From NCBI GenBank assembly GCA_902595195.1, contig CACJPC010000001.1:150654-214653 (forward strand): a stretch of DNA of 64,000 nucleotides, in the 5' to 3' direction. Source of the DNA: an uncultured Candidatus Actinomarina sp. Lineage in GTDB: Bacteria; Actinomycetota; Acidimicrobiia; Actinomarinales; Actinomarinaceae. The notes under the pieces are model-generated. The model made no database searches. It was not told the origin of the DNA and was given only the letters and a program-made list of their open reading frames with translations. Of the stretch, positions 56,092 through 64,000 are shown in pieces. Made by a program: the position numbers and the translations under genes. How positions within the stretch are numbered: the first letter of the stretch is position 1; each line of letters starts with the position of its first letter.

Positions 56092-57892
56092 CCTCTACAA
56101 CTTCACCTTCAACTACGTCATCTGACTCATCTGAAGATGGATTAGCTGTGTCATTTTGAGCTTCCGCGTATAATTTCTCGGCAAATGATTGACTGGCTTT
56201 TGCAAGTTCATCAATACCATTTTTCAAATCATCAATCGATAATTCTTCATTCTCTAAAAGTTTTTTCAGTTTATCGTTTGCATCATTGATTGCTGTTACC
56301 TCTTCATCTGTTGCCTTGTCTTTATTTTCTTCCAACATTTTTTCAGTTGAGGTAACCATACCTTCAGCCATGTTTCTGGTTTCAATAAGCTCTTTCTTTT
56401 TTGCATCTTCATTAGCATGCTGTTCAGCATCTTTTATCATTCTTTCGATTTCATCATCTTCAAGTGCTGTACCGCCAGTAATTGTTATTGCTTGTTCTTT
56501 ACCAGTTCCTAGATCTTTAGCATTGACATTCACAATACCATTAGCATCGATATCAAAAGTTACCTCTATTTGAGGTGTACCAGCCATTGCTGCAGGTATA
56601 TCAGTTAATGTGAATCTTCCTAGGGACTTATTCCCAGAAGCCATTTCTCTCTCACCTTGCAAGATATGGATTTCAACCTGGGTTTGATTGTTTTCAGCCG
56701 TACTAAATACTTCAGACCTTTTAGTTGGAATTGTTGTATTTCTTTCAATCATTTTGGTCATGATTCCACCTTTAGTTTCAACACCCAAAGTAAGAGGTGT
56801 AACATCTAATAAAAGAACATCTTTTACATCACCTTTTAGTACTCCAGCTTGAATAGCAGCTCCAGATGCAACAACTTCATCAGGATTAACACCTTTATGA
56901 GGGTCTTTACCAGTAAGAGATTTTACAAGTTGTTGGACTGATGGCATTCGAGTCGAACCACCAACTAATATGACATGATCGATATCAGAAAATTTCATTC
57001 CAGCATCAGACAATGCATTTTCGACTGGTTCTTTAGTTCTTTCTACTAAATCTGCAGTAATTTTTTCAAACTCAGATCTACTTAATTTTTCAAGCAAATG
57101 TTGAGGTCCAGCATCATTAGCAGTAATGAATGGCAAGTTAATTTCTGTTTCGCTGGTAGATGAAAGTTCAATCTTAGCTTTTTCTGCAGCTTCTTGAACT
57201 CTCTGAATTGCCATTTTATCATTTGATAAATCAATTCCAGTTGAGGATTTAAACTTTTCAATTAACCAGTCCATTACTCTTTGGTCCCAGTCATCTCCAC
57301 CAAGCTTAGAATCTCCTGATGTTGACTTTACTTCGAACACACCCTCAGAAATTTCTAATATAGAAACATCAAAAGTACCACCACCTAAATCAAATACGAG
57401 TATTTTTTGATCTTCATTGTTTTCTAGCCCGTATGAAAGGGATGCAGCAGTAGGTTCATTTATAATTCTTAAGACATTCAATCCTGCGATTTGACCGGCC
57501 TCTTTCGTTGCTTGCCTTTCAGCATCATTAAAATATGCTGGAACAGTAATTACAGCATCTGTAACGTCGTCGCCTAAATATGACTCAGCATCTCTTTTGA
57601 GTTTTTGTAATATTCTTGCAGATATTTCTTGAGGTGTATAGTCTTTACCTTCAAAGCTTTCTTTCCAATTTGTTCCAATATGTCTTTTGATAGATCTAAC
57701 AGTGTTATCCGGATTTGTTACCGCTTGTCTTTTTGCAAGTTCACCAACTAGAACTTCTTCTGATTTAAAAGCAACAATAGAAGGTGTTGTTCTATTTCCC
57801 TCTGCGTTAGCAATAACAGTTGGCTCACCACCTTCAAGCACTGCTACAACACTGTTTGTTGTTCCCAAATCAATTCCTACAGCCTTACCCAT
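56084..57892 (-). CDS. dnaK: chaperone DnaK (Hsp70)
   Basis: [23 protein letters not shown] and [11 protein letters not shown] signatures. Confidence 0.98.
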   Translation of the reverse strand: MGKAVGIDLGTTNSVVAVLEGGEPTVIANAEGNRTTPSIVAFKSEEVLVGELAKRQAVTNPDNTVRSIKRHIGTNWKESFEGKDYTPQEISARILQKLKRDAESYLGDDVTDAVITVPAYFNDAERQATKEAGQIAGLNVLRIINEPTAASLSYGLENNEDQKILVFDLGGGTFDVSILEISEGVFEVKSTSGDSKLGGDDWDQRVMDWLIEKFKSSTGIDLSNDKMAIQRVQEAAEKAKIELSSTSETEINLPFITANDAGPQHLLEKLSRSEFEKITADLVERTKEPVENALSDAGMKFSDIDHVILVGGSTRMPSVQQLVKSLTGKDPHKGVNPDEVVASGAAIQAGVLKGDVKDVLLLDVTPLTLGVETKGGIMTKMIERNTTIPTKRSEVFSTAENNQTQVEIHILQGEREMASGNKSLGRFTLTDIPAAMAGTPQIEVTFDIDANGIVNVNAKDLGTGKEQAITITGGTALEDDEIERMIKDAEQHANEDAKKKELIETRNMAEGMVTSTEKMLEENKDKATDEEVTAINDANDKLKKLLENEELSIDDLKNGIDELAKASQSFAEKLYAEAQNDTANPSSDESDDVVEGEVVEDE

Positions 57893-57918
57893 CTTGTATA
57901 TTTCCTTTCATAAAATTA

Positions 57919-58119
57919 TTAAATTGGTTCCTGCTCTCTCGGCAAATGTCCTCTTACTCTTGGATAGGAGATAGGAGCATGCAGAAAGCAAAATTTCTTT
58001 TTGTTATAAACACTAATTACAGTCTCACAAGCTTCAAATGCGCAAACTCTACCAGTGGTATATTTTTTTGATCTTCTAACACCTGGCTTAACTTGTGAGG
58101 CAGTTAATGTTCCGCTCAT
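57919..58119 (-). CDS. small C-X4-C-X12-C-X2-H protein (66 aa), first gene of the dnaK operon; paralog of 34106..34300
   Basis: MSGTLTASQVKPGVRRSKKYTTGRVCAFEACETVISVYNKKKFCFLHAPISYPRVRGHLPREQEPI. Its stop is only 26 nt upstream of the dnaK ATG on the same strand. AAGGAAGG Shine-Dalgarno upstream. Confidence 0.7.
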   Translation of the reverse strand: MSGTLTASQVKPGVRRSKKYTTGRVCAFEACETVISVYNKKKFCFLHAPISYPRVRGHLPREQEPI

Positions 58120-58154
58120 TTTAACCTTCCTTATCTAATTATATTTTGATATAT

Positions 58155-58178
58155 AATCTAAGTATAAATACTTAGATT
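58155..58178. promoter_or_regulatory. Inverted repeat AATCTAAGTA-taaa-TACTTAGATT upstream of the CCCH-dnaK operon (candidate HspR operator, HAIR-like in position)
   Basis: 10-bp perfect arms, 36-59 nt upstream of ATG 58119. A TATAAT (minus strand, 58138-58143) lies between it and the Shine-Dalgarno, so the repeat sits where a -35 would be. Confidence 0.5.
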
Positions 58179-58282
58179 TATAAATAAGATAACACATTTG
58201 TAAATTTATGCAAAAAATTTTAAAAAAAAGATAAAAAAAGTGCAATTTTAGTAATTATTAATCCACCTGATATTATTGAATA

Positions 58283-59077
58283 ATGAAAAAGATAGATATT
58301 AATATCTTAGGGCTCGGGAATTTAGGAACTGCTTTTTTTGAAGGTTTGCAATCAAACAACAATCTTAATCTACATTTATATGAGGAAAATGATCAAATTA
58401 GAACTGATTTTTCCAAATCATATGGTGTAGAAGTTGCTTCACATATCGATAGTCTTGATTCAGGAGTATTAATACTTTGCATTAAACCACAAAGCATAAA
58501 TACTTTTTTTGATTCGTTTTCCAAAAACATAAGCACTGATATCCTCATTTGCTCGCCTGTTGCTGGTTTAGAAATTGAAACAATACACAAATATGTTGAA
58601 AATAGAATCATCAGGATAATGCCAAATCTATTAATTAGAAAAAATAATGGATTTATTCCATATGTTAAAAATTATGATGGTGACTACTTAAGCTTTTTAG
58701 AAATAGCATTATCTTCTTTAGGGACAACTAAAGAATTTGTTGAGAAATTTTTTCCACTTGTTACAGCAATATCAGGAAGTGGCCCAGCGTGGTACTATGA
58801 GCTTTCAAGGCAACTTACAAATTCAGCTACTCAATTAGGCATGGATGAAGTTGATGCTGAAGAACTTGTTAAAGAATTAATCAAAGCTTTACCAAACCTT
58901 ATTAACACAGAAGATTCTTTTGGGGAGTTAGTAAATAAAGTGAAATCACCAAAAGGAACAACTGAAGCAGGACTTGATTCGCTTAATGATGATTCCTTTG
59001 ATACAATAATTTTCAATGCAATTCAAAAGTCAACAAATAGATCAATTGAGATATCGGCTGAATTAAAAAATGAATAA
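58283..59077 (+). CDS. proC: pyrroline-5-carboxylate reductase
   Basis: N-terminal GLGNLG dinucleotide fold and C-terminal SPKGTTEAGL signature. Confidence 0.85.
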   Translation: MKKIDINILGLGNLGTAFFEGLQSNNNLNLHLYEENDQIRTDFSKSYGVEVASHIDSLDSGVLILCIKPQSINTFFDSFSKNISTDILICSPVAGLEIETIHKYVENRIIRIMPNLLIRKNNGFIPYVKNYDGDYLSFLEIALSSLGTTKEFVEKFFPLVTAISGSGPAWYYELSRQLTNSATQLGMDEVDAEELVKELIKALPNLINTEDSFGELVNKVKSPKGTTEAGLDSLNDDSFDTIIFNAIQKSTNRSIEISAELKNE

Positions 59078-61226
59078 ATTAAAAAGCCTAAAGGGCAATG
59101 ATTATGTTTTACTTTTGTCTGCAGGAGCTTCAATCGGCACTCTATTTCTATGGGCAGCTAGCTATATTTTTCCTGAAGGAGAGATAATTGAAGGCAGACG
59201 TGTTTTTGAAAATATTCCTAAAGTAATTCAATATATATTTTATGTCTTAAGTGCTTCTACTATTTTTCTATCTGGTTACCTTTTTTCTCTTAGGGTTAAA
59301 AACTGGACAAGAGGAAAAGAAGAAAAAAGAAACGTAAAATTTTCTGCTCGTATTTGGAGTTTCTTTGATGGAGTAACAATGAGAACAGTACTTAGATTTA
59401 AAGCTGCTGGACTGATGCACTCGTTAATATACATAGGTTTTCTCGGTTTGTTTGCTGGAACTATTACGCTTGAGATCCACCATTTAATGCCACCAAGTCT
59501 CAAGTTTTTACAAGGAACAACATATATTGTCTATTCATTCCTTCTGGAGTTGGCAACCATTGCTTATCTAGTTGGACTTTTCTGGGCTTTAATCAGAAGG
59601 TTAAGAGGTGCAGAATACCGAATACAAACAAAAACAACAATTGATGATTATCTAACATTGTCTCTGTTAATTTTTATTGGCATATCCGGCATTACTACAG
59701 AAGCTGGAAGAATTGCACTTGAAAATTTTCCCAATTATGAGAAGTGGTCATTTATAGGATATTTTGTTGCTGATTTCTTAAATTTATCAAACCCTGATTT
59801 ATTTCACAGAGTTTCTTGGGTTTTACACGTTGTTTCGTTCTTTGTGTTTTTGATTGCATTACCTATCTCTAAGTTACGCCACATTATTACATCTCCAATA
59901 AACATGTTTATGTCACCTAAGGAGAGACATAAAGGCGCTATGAGAGATATTGGAAACCTACTAGAGGCGGAAGATATTGATAATGTTGGCACAGAAATGA
60001 TTGACCATTTCACATGGAAACAACTTATGGACTTAGATGCTTGCACAGTTTGTGGAAGATGTACTTCAGTATGTCCAGCAAATCAAACAGGTAAATCTCT
60101 TGACCCAAGAGAGATAATCTTAAAAGTAGGGCAAGTAATGTCAGAGTCTGGAGATCCCTCTGTTCCAGCAACTATCAGCACTCCAGGACCCCTAAAAGTA
60201 AACTCATCAAATGTTTTTGAAAGAATAACTTCCGAAGAAGTCTGGGCCTGCACTTCGTGTAGAGCTTGTGATGAGATATGTCCTGTAAATATAGAAATTT
60301 TGGACAAGATACTTGATATGAGAAGACATCTAGCTTTGATGGAATCAGATTTTCCTTCAGAACTTGGTAAAGCTTATGTTGCAATGGAGAATTCATCTAA
60401 TCCTTGGGGGGCATCACAAAACGATCGTTTGAAGTGGACGGAAGATCTCGATTTTGAGGTACCTGTCATTGATGAGTCGAACTCTGAAGAATACGATTAT
60501 TTATACTGGATCGGATGTGCCGGAGCTTTCGACGATAGAAATGTGCCTGTGACAAAAGCTGTTGCGACACTTTTAAAGCGAGCTGGAGTGTCTTACGCTG
60601 TTTTGGGGCCCAAGGAAGTTTGTACAGGAGATTCTGCGCGAAGAACAGGTAATGAATTTGTTTTTCAACAACTTGCGATACAAAATATTGAAAACATGAA
60701 CAATCTAAAAGTAGATAAGATCATTACACAGTGTCCACACTGTTTTAATACTATTGCAAACGAATATCCTCAACTAGGCGGCGAGTATAAAGTTATTCAT
60801 CACAGTCAATTACTAACAGAACTTGTTCAGTCTGGGAGAATAGAAGTTGGAACAAGTGACAAGCCTTACAAAATTACATATCATGACTCATGTTACTTAG
60901 GTAGACATAATGACATTTATACAGCACCGAGAGAAATCGTCGGCTCAATTGGTGGAATAGAAATTAGAGAAATGAAGCGCCAAGGAACTCAGAGCTTTTG
61001 CTGTGGTGCTGGCGGTGGAAGAATGTGGATGGAAGAGTCTGTTGGCAAAAAAGTAAACATTGAAAGATCCCAAGAAGCAATTGAGACCGGTGCTGATGAA
61101 GTCGCAGTTGCTTGTCCATTTTGTTACATAATGATGGATGACGGTGTTAAAGAACTTGGCTATGGGGATAATGTAAGAGTTAGAGACGTTTCTTTAATAC
61201 TTTTAGACAACCTTAAAAAAGACTAG
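59070..61226 (+). CDS. membrane-anchored (Fe-S)-binding oxidoreductase, HdrD/GlpC-like (Rv0338c-type)
   Basis: About 290 aa N-terminal polytopic domain, two ferredoxin-type motifs (CTVCGRCTSVCP, CTSCRACDEICP) and two CCG-type Cys-rich domains (WIGCAG..., FCCGAGGG). ATGAATAA overlap with proC. Confidence 0.8.
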   Translation: MNKLKSLKGNDYVLLLSAGASIGTLFLWAASYIFPEGEIIEGRRVFENIPKVIQYIFYVLSASTIFLSGYLFSLRVKNWTRGKEEKRNVKFSARIWSFFDGVTMRTVLRFKAAGLMHSLIYIGFLGLFAGTITLEIHHLMPPSLKFLQGTTYIVYSFLLELATIAYLVGLFWALIRRLRGAEYRIQTKTTIDDYLTLSLLIFIGISGITTEAGRIALENFPNYEKWSFIGYFVADFLNLSNPDLFHRVSWVLHVVSFFVFLIALPISKLRHIITSPINMFMSPKERHKGAMRDIGNLLEAEDIDNVGTEMIDHFTWKQLMDLDACTVCGRCTSVCPANQTGKSLDPREIILKVGQVMSESGDPSVPATISTPGPLKVNSSNVFERITSEEVWACTSCRACDEICPVNIEILDKILDMRRHLALMESDFPSELGKAYVAMENSSNPWGASQNDRLKWTEDLDFEVPVIDESNSEEYDYLYWIGCAGAFDDRNVPVTKAVATLLKRAGVSYAVLGPKEVCTGDSARRTGNEFVFQQLAIQNIENMNNLKVDKIITQCPHCFNTIANEYPQLGGEYKVIHHSQLLTELVQSGRIEVGTSDKPYKITYHDSCYLGRHNDIYTAPREIVGSIGGIEIREMKRQGTQSFCCGAGGGRMWMEESVGKKVNIERSQEAIETGADEVAVACPFCYIMMDDGVKELGYGDNVRVRDVSLILLDNLKKD

Positions 61227-61540
61227 GAATTTTTTCCCATAAAAAAATATGCAATATCCCCATTTGATTTATTAATGCTATAGATCACGTATATTGCAGT
61301 AGTAAGGTTGCCCAAAATTAAAACAAAAAATGACCATATAATTGTTGCAGACAACGACTCTTTATAGGCAATCCACAAGCAAACTAGAATAAATCCACCG
61401 TAGAGATCTACAAGGGAAACTATACCCCATGGTAAATCTGGAATAGGCGAGTCAAATAATGAAACTTGGTTTTGTGCCCAAATTATTACTCCTATCATTG
61501 AGACACTTATAACGTATGAAATTAATTTTGTTATAGTCAT
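61223..61540 (-). CDS. small membrane protein (DUF1475-like)
   Basis: Start trimmed to ATG 61540 (MTITKLISYVISV...). Has PWGIVSLVDLYGGFILVCLWIAYKE and GNLTTAIYV blocks. The longer ORF would overlap the divergent 61570 gene. Confidence 0.55.
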   Translation of the reverse strand: MTITKLISYVISVSMIGVIIWAQNQVSLFDSPIPDLPWGIVSLVDLYGGFILVCLWIAYKESLSATIIWSFFVLILGNLTTAIYVIYSINKSNGDIAYFFMGKNS

Positions 61541-61569
61541 TAAGTAGATTTTAAATAAATCAAAAAAAA

Positions 61570-62196
61570 ATGAATGATAAAAAAATAATATCCCGCATAT
61601 TACGTCTTGATAAAGAGATTTATAACGAGCTTCTGGTTCAAGATGGAGCTTTTCAAAAATCCATTGCAATCTTTGTAAGCACGACAATTTTAGTAACTAT
61701 GAGTGGATTTAGATTTATTTCAGGGTTGTTAGATTATTTACAAGAAAACTTAATTTTGTTTCAACAGGAGTTTCAACAAGAATTTTCTCCAGAAGAATTT
61801 AATTTGTTTCAATCATTGATTGAAGAGTTGCAAACTTTTATAAACTCTTCAGACACTACTACTTCATTATTTTCTTCGGCCTTCTCGTCTCTCGTTGCCA
61901 CGGTTATAGGATTAGTGATAATTTACTTAATACTCAGATTTCTTTTCAGGAAAGAGCCAATTCCTAAAGATCTTCTAATGATTAATTTTTTTGCATCAAC
62001 TCCATGCTTGCTTGTTGTGCCCGCACTATTTGTCTCATCGCTTTTTCTTCAAGGTTTTTTAATTTTGACAGTCTCAATATATTCAATTGTTTCTTTCGGT
62101 TCAGGGCTTAAACAAGTTTATATGTTGAGAAATATTGAAGTCATACTACTGGTCGTTTCATTAACGTTTGGGACAAGTATTTTAGGTGGTGCATAG
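61570..62196 (+). CDS. hypothetical membrane protein (Yip1-like topology)
   Basis: 208 aa with 4-5 TM helices. The family guess is weak. Confidence 0.5.
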   Translation: MNDKKIISRILRLDKEIYNELLVQDGAFQKSIAIFVSTTILVTMSGFRFISGLLDYLQENLILFQQEFQQEFSPEEFNLFQSLIEELQTFINSSDTTTSLFSSAFSSLVATVIGLVIIYLILRFLFRKEPIPKDLLMINFFASTPCLLVVPALFVSSLFLQGFLILTVSIYSIVSFGSGLKQVYMLRNIEVILLVVSLTFGTSILGGA

Positions 62197-62197
62197 A

Positions 62198-62794
62198 ATG
62201 AATGCAGGAGTTATACTCGCAGCTGGTGACTCAACAAGAATGGGATTTCCAAAGCAGCTTGCTGAAGTTAAAGATAAACCATTACTAGAACTTGTAATTG
62301 AAAAAGTAAACTCCTACTTTGAGTCATCGACTGTAGTTCTGGGGTTCGAAAATGAAATTATTGAAGAAAAAATAAATTTTTATAATTCAAATATTTTAAT
62401 AAATGAAAACTGGGAAGAAGGAATAGTTTCATCAATTAGAACAGCTCTATTTTTCTATCAAGAACAAAAGCAAATAGAAAATCTTGTATTTTTTTTGGGA
62501 GACCAACCTGAAGTAAGGGATGAAGTCATCATTGCTTTACAAAATAATGAAATGGACAAATCAAAAATATTAATTCCTCAATATAGATACAAGTTGGGTT
62601 TTCCAGTTTTAGTCCCGCGTCCATTTTGGTCAAAGTTAGAATTGTTGACACAAGATGATCCTGGTGAATTTGAAATATCAGCATACAAAGATTTTGATCT
62701 AATTGATTATTTTGTTTCATCTGAGGTAAAAATTGAAAAACTTAATTTTAATTTTCTTGGTCCAACGGATTATGACGAAGAAAAAGATTTTTGA
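62198..62794 (+). CDS. MobA-like NTP transferase (nucleotidyltransferase family)
   Basis: MNAGVILAAGDSTRMGFPKQL N-terminal signature. ATG 62198 preferred over GTG 62186. Confidence 0.7.
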   Translation: MNAGVILAAGDSTRMGFPKQLAEVKDKPLLELVIEKVNSYFESSTVVLGFENEIIEEKINFYNSNILINENWEEGIVSSIRTALFFYQEQKQIENLVFFLGDQPEVRDEVIIALQNNEMDKSKILIPQYRYKLGFPVLVPRPFWSKLELLTQDDPGEFEISAYKDFDLIDYFVSSEVKIEKLNFNFLGPTDYDEEKDF

Positions 62795-62857
62795 GAGTGG
62801 GAAAATCTCTTAAAAAAAAGCATTTGTTTATAAAATAAATTTTGTAAAATCAAAAAC

Positions 62858-63262
62858 ATGAATTCAATTGATTCAATAAATGGCATGACTCATACTGAGG
62901 CAACAAAATTAAGAAGAGCAAGAGTCAGAACAACAACAACATTCCTTCAGATAGCTTCATCTAGATCTGGAAGGGCTTTATTGACAAAAGAGACAGGGAT
63001 TAGCTCACCAAAGCTTCTTCACTGGGCAAGAAGAGCTGAACTGATGAAAATTAAAGACCTGGGTAGAGATTATGCTGACTTACTGGAAGCAGTTGGTGTT
63101 GAAAGCGTTTCTGAATTAAGAAGACGTAACCCTGAATCATTGCATGAATCAATGCAAAAAATAAATATTAAAGCCAAAATTGTTGAAAGAATGCCTTCAA
63201 TTAAAAGAGTTAATAGATGGATAGAAGATTCTCAACATATAGAAATTAAGGTTTCTTCTTAA
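62858..63262 (+). CDS. DUF4332-like helix-hairpin-helix protein
   Basis: ELMKIKDLGRDYADLLEAVGVESVSELRRRNPESL resembles the DUF4332 HhH pattern. Confidence 0.55.
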   Translation: MNSIDSINGMTHTEATKLRRARVRTTTTFLQIASSRSGRALLTKETGISSPKLLHWARRAELMKIKDLGRDYADLLEAVGVESVSELRRRNPESLHESMQKINIKAKIVERMPSIKRVNRWIEDSQHIEIKVSS

Positions 63263-63288
63263 TAACAACAAGAATCTATCATTAAAGT

Positions 63289-64000
63289 GTGGATAAAAAA
63301 ACTATAAGAATAACAGGTGCTCAGTGTTCTTTTTCAGTGGGTGCTATTCAAGAAAACAAAGAAACTATACTCAATTGTTTTGAAGAAGCTGAATCAGTAG
63401 AATCAGACATCGTTATTTTTCCAGAGCTAGCAATTACAGGATACCCACCAGAAGATTTGTTACTTCGTGAAAGTTTTATTGGTAAAAATTTTGCAGTACT
63501 GGAGGAAATAGCAGCTTTTTCATCTCACACAAGTGGAGTTATTGGTTTTGTTGATAGAAAGAACGATTCTCATAATCAAGACAATAATAAACGGACGATA
63601 GCAAATGCTGCTGCAATTGTACAGAATGGAGACGTTAGAGGAATATATCATAAATCATTTTTACCAAATTATTCAGTTTTTGATGAAGCTAGATATTTTT
63701 CCAAAGGTACAGAACCGAATACTTTATTTTGGTATGACGACATTGCTATTGGGATTAATATTTGTGAAGATATTTGGATTGAAGACGGACCAGCAGAAGA
63801 GCAAGTGAAACAAGGTGCATCACTAATTATAAATATAAATGCATCACCTTATGATATTCATAAAAGCGAAACTCGAAAAGAAATAGTCATGAAAAAGGCA
63901 TTAAAACTAAATGTACCAATAATATATTTGAACATGGTGGGAGGTCAGGATGAACTAGTTTTTGACGGAGGTTCGTTTGTTGTAAATGACCTTGGTGAAA
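63289..64000 (+). CDS. nadE: glutamine-dependent NAD+ synthetase, N-terminal CN-hydrolase domain (partial; continues past the window end)
   Basis: Edge-truncated, so absent from the ORF track. GTG 63289 gives (M)DKKTIRITGAQCSFSVGAIQENK...IVIFPELAITGYPPEDLLL...HKSFLPNYSVFDEARYF...IGINICEDIW...GGQDELVFDGGSFV, showing the E/K/C catalytic triad context. Confidence 0.85.
   Translation, partial: MDKKTIRITGAQCSFSVGAIQENKETILNCFEEAESVESDIVIFPELAITGYPPEDLLLRESFIGKNFAVLEEIAAFSSHTSGVIGFVDRKNDSHNQDNNKRTIANAAAIVQNGDVRGIYHKSFLPNYSVFDEARYFSKGTEPNTLFWYDDIAIGINICEDIWIEDGPAEEQVKQGASLIININASPYDIHKSETRKEIVMKKALKLNVPIIYLNMVGGQDELVFDGGSFVVNDLGE

Noticed and set aside
57919-58119. Assigning the CCCH small proteins to WhiB-like, FmdB/Ruc-type zinc-ribbon or DksA/TraR families
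   Set aside because: Those families have four Cys in CxxC-type pairs with different spacing. Here the pattern is C-X4-C-X12-C-X2-H with no CxxC pair, so they are left as an unrecognised family.
58155-58178. Calling the inverted repeat a canonical HAIR element
   Set aside because: The sequence (CTAAGTA-N4-TACTTAG) does not match the CTTGAGT-N7-ACTCAAG consensus. Only the position and architecture are similar, so it is reported as a candidate.
63605-63808. 67-aa plus-strand ORF from the track
   Set aside because: It is out of frame within the edge-truncated nadE CN-hydrolase domain, whose frame (from GTG 63289) is open to the window end and carries the conserved motifs.
1-64000. CRISPR arrays, rRNA genes, IS elements, riboswitches or T-boxes upstream of serS, lysC, purA and cbiM
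   Set aside because: No regularly spaced direct repeats were seen. Leaders of these genes are 3-50 nt long, too short for known riboswitch or T-box structures. The 200-nt gap at 43233-43432 shows only a short imperfect hairpin (43388-43409) and promoter-like AT-rich sequence.

Overview
Visibly AT-rich, extremely gene-dense bacterial chromosome segment: many 1-35 nt gene overlaps and only about eight intergenic gaps over 90 nt. Hallmark genes point to a genome-streamlined, low-GC actinobacterium. These are crgA, a PASTA Ser/Thr kinase with a PP2C phosphatase, dnaK-grpE-dnaJ-hspR, ribosomal protein bS22, a PAC2 protein, murJ and lnt. The lineage call is an inference from gene content only. I support about 75 CDS, 7 tRNA genes (Ile-GAU x2, Ala-UGC, Ser-GGA, Ser-UGA, Ser-GCU, Arg-ACG) and one truncated tRNA-Val remnant. 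There is no rRNA, no CRISPR array, no transposase and no integrase. Most of the window is housekeeping: nucleotide and amino-acid metabolism, chaperones, an AapJQMP-like amino-acid ABC importer and copper efflux. Items worth a second look: (1) A gene missing from the ORF track at 36301-36537 encodes an Rdx/SelW-like protein with an in-frame TGA exactly at the C-x-x-U redox position, followed by a SECIS-like hairpin. (2) Two paralogous 64-66 aa C-X4-C-X12-C-X2-H proteins of unrecognised family each sit as first gene ahead of a stress operon (copZ-copA and dnaK-grpE-dnaJ-hspR). Each has a perfect palindrome upstream: a textbook TGTGA-N6-TCACA site and a 10-bp-arm inverted repeat. (3) A 4.5 kb islet is bracketed by a ~102 nt direct repeat containing a whole tRNA-Ile gene; one copy carries C33 instead of U33. 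The islet also has a tRNA-Val 3' fragment scar and a convergent pair of PD-(D/E)xK nuclease-like genes, one fused to a PUA/EVE-like reader domain (candidate modification-dependent restriction). (4) An A9 slippery run in dnaX has a -1 frame that stops after one codon, giving a gamma-like product. (5) TadA has Asp in place of the first Cys of the PCxxC zinc motif. (6) An unannotated 31-aa bS22 gene. All calls come from reading the sequence and translations by eye. No database search was run, and family names are recollections of motif patterns.
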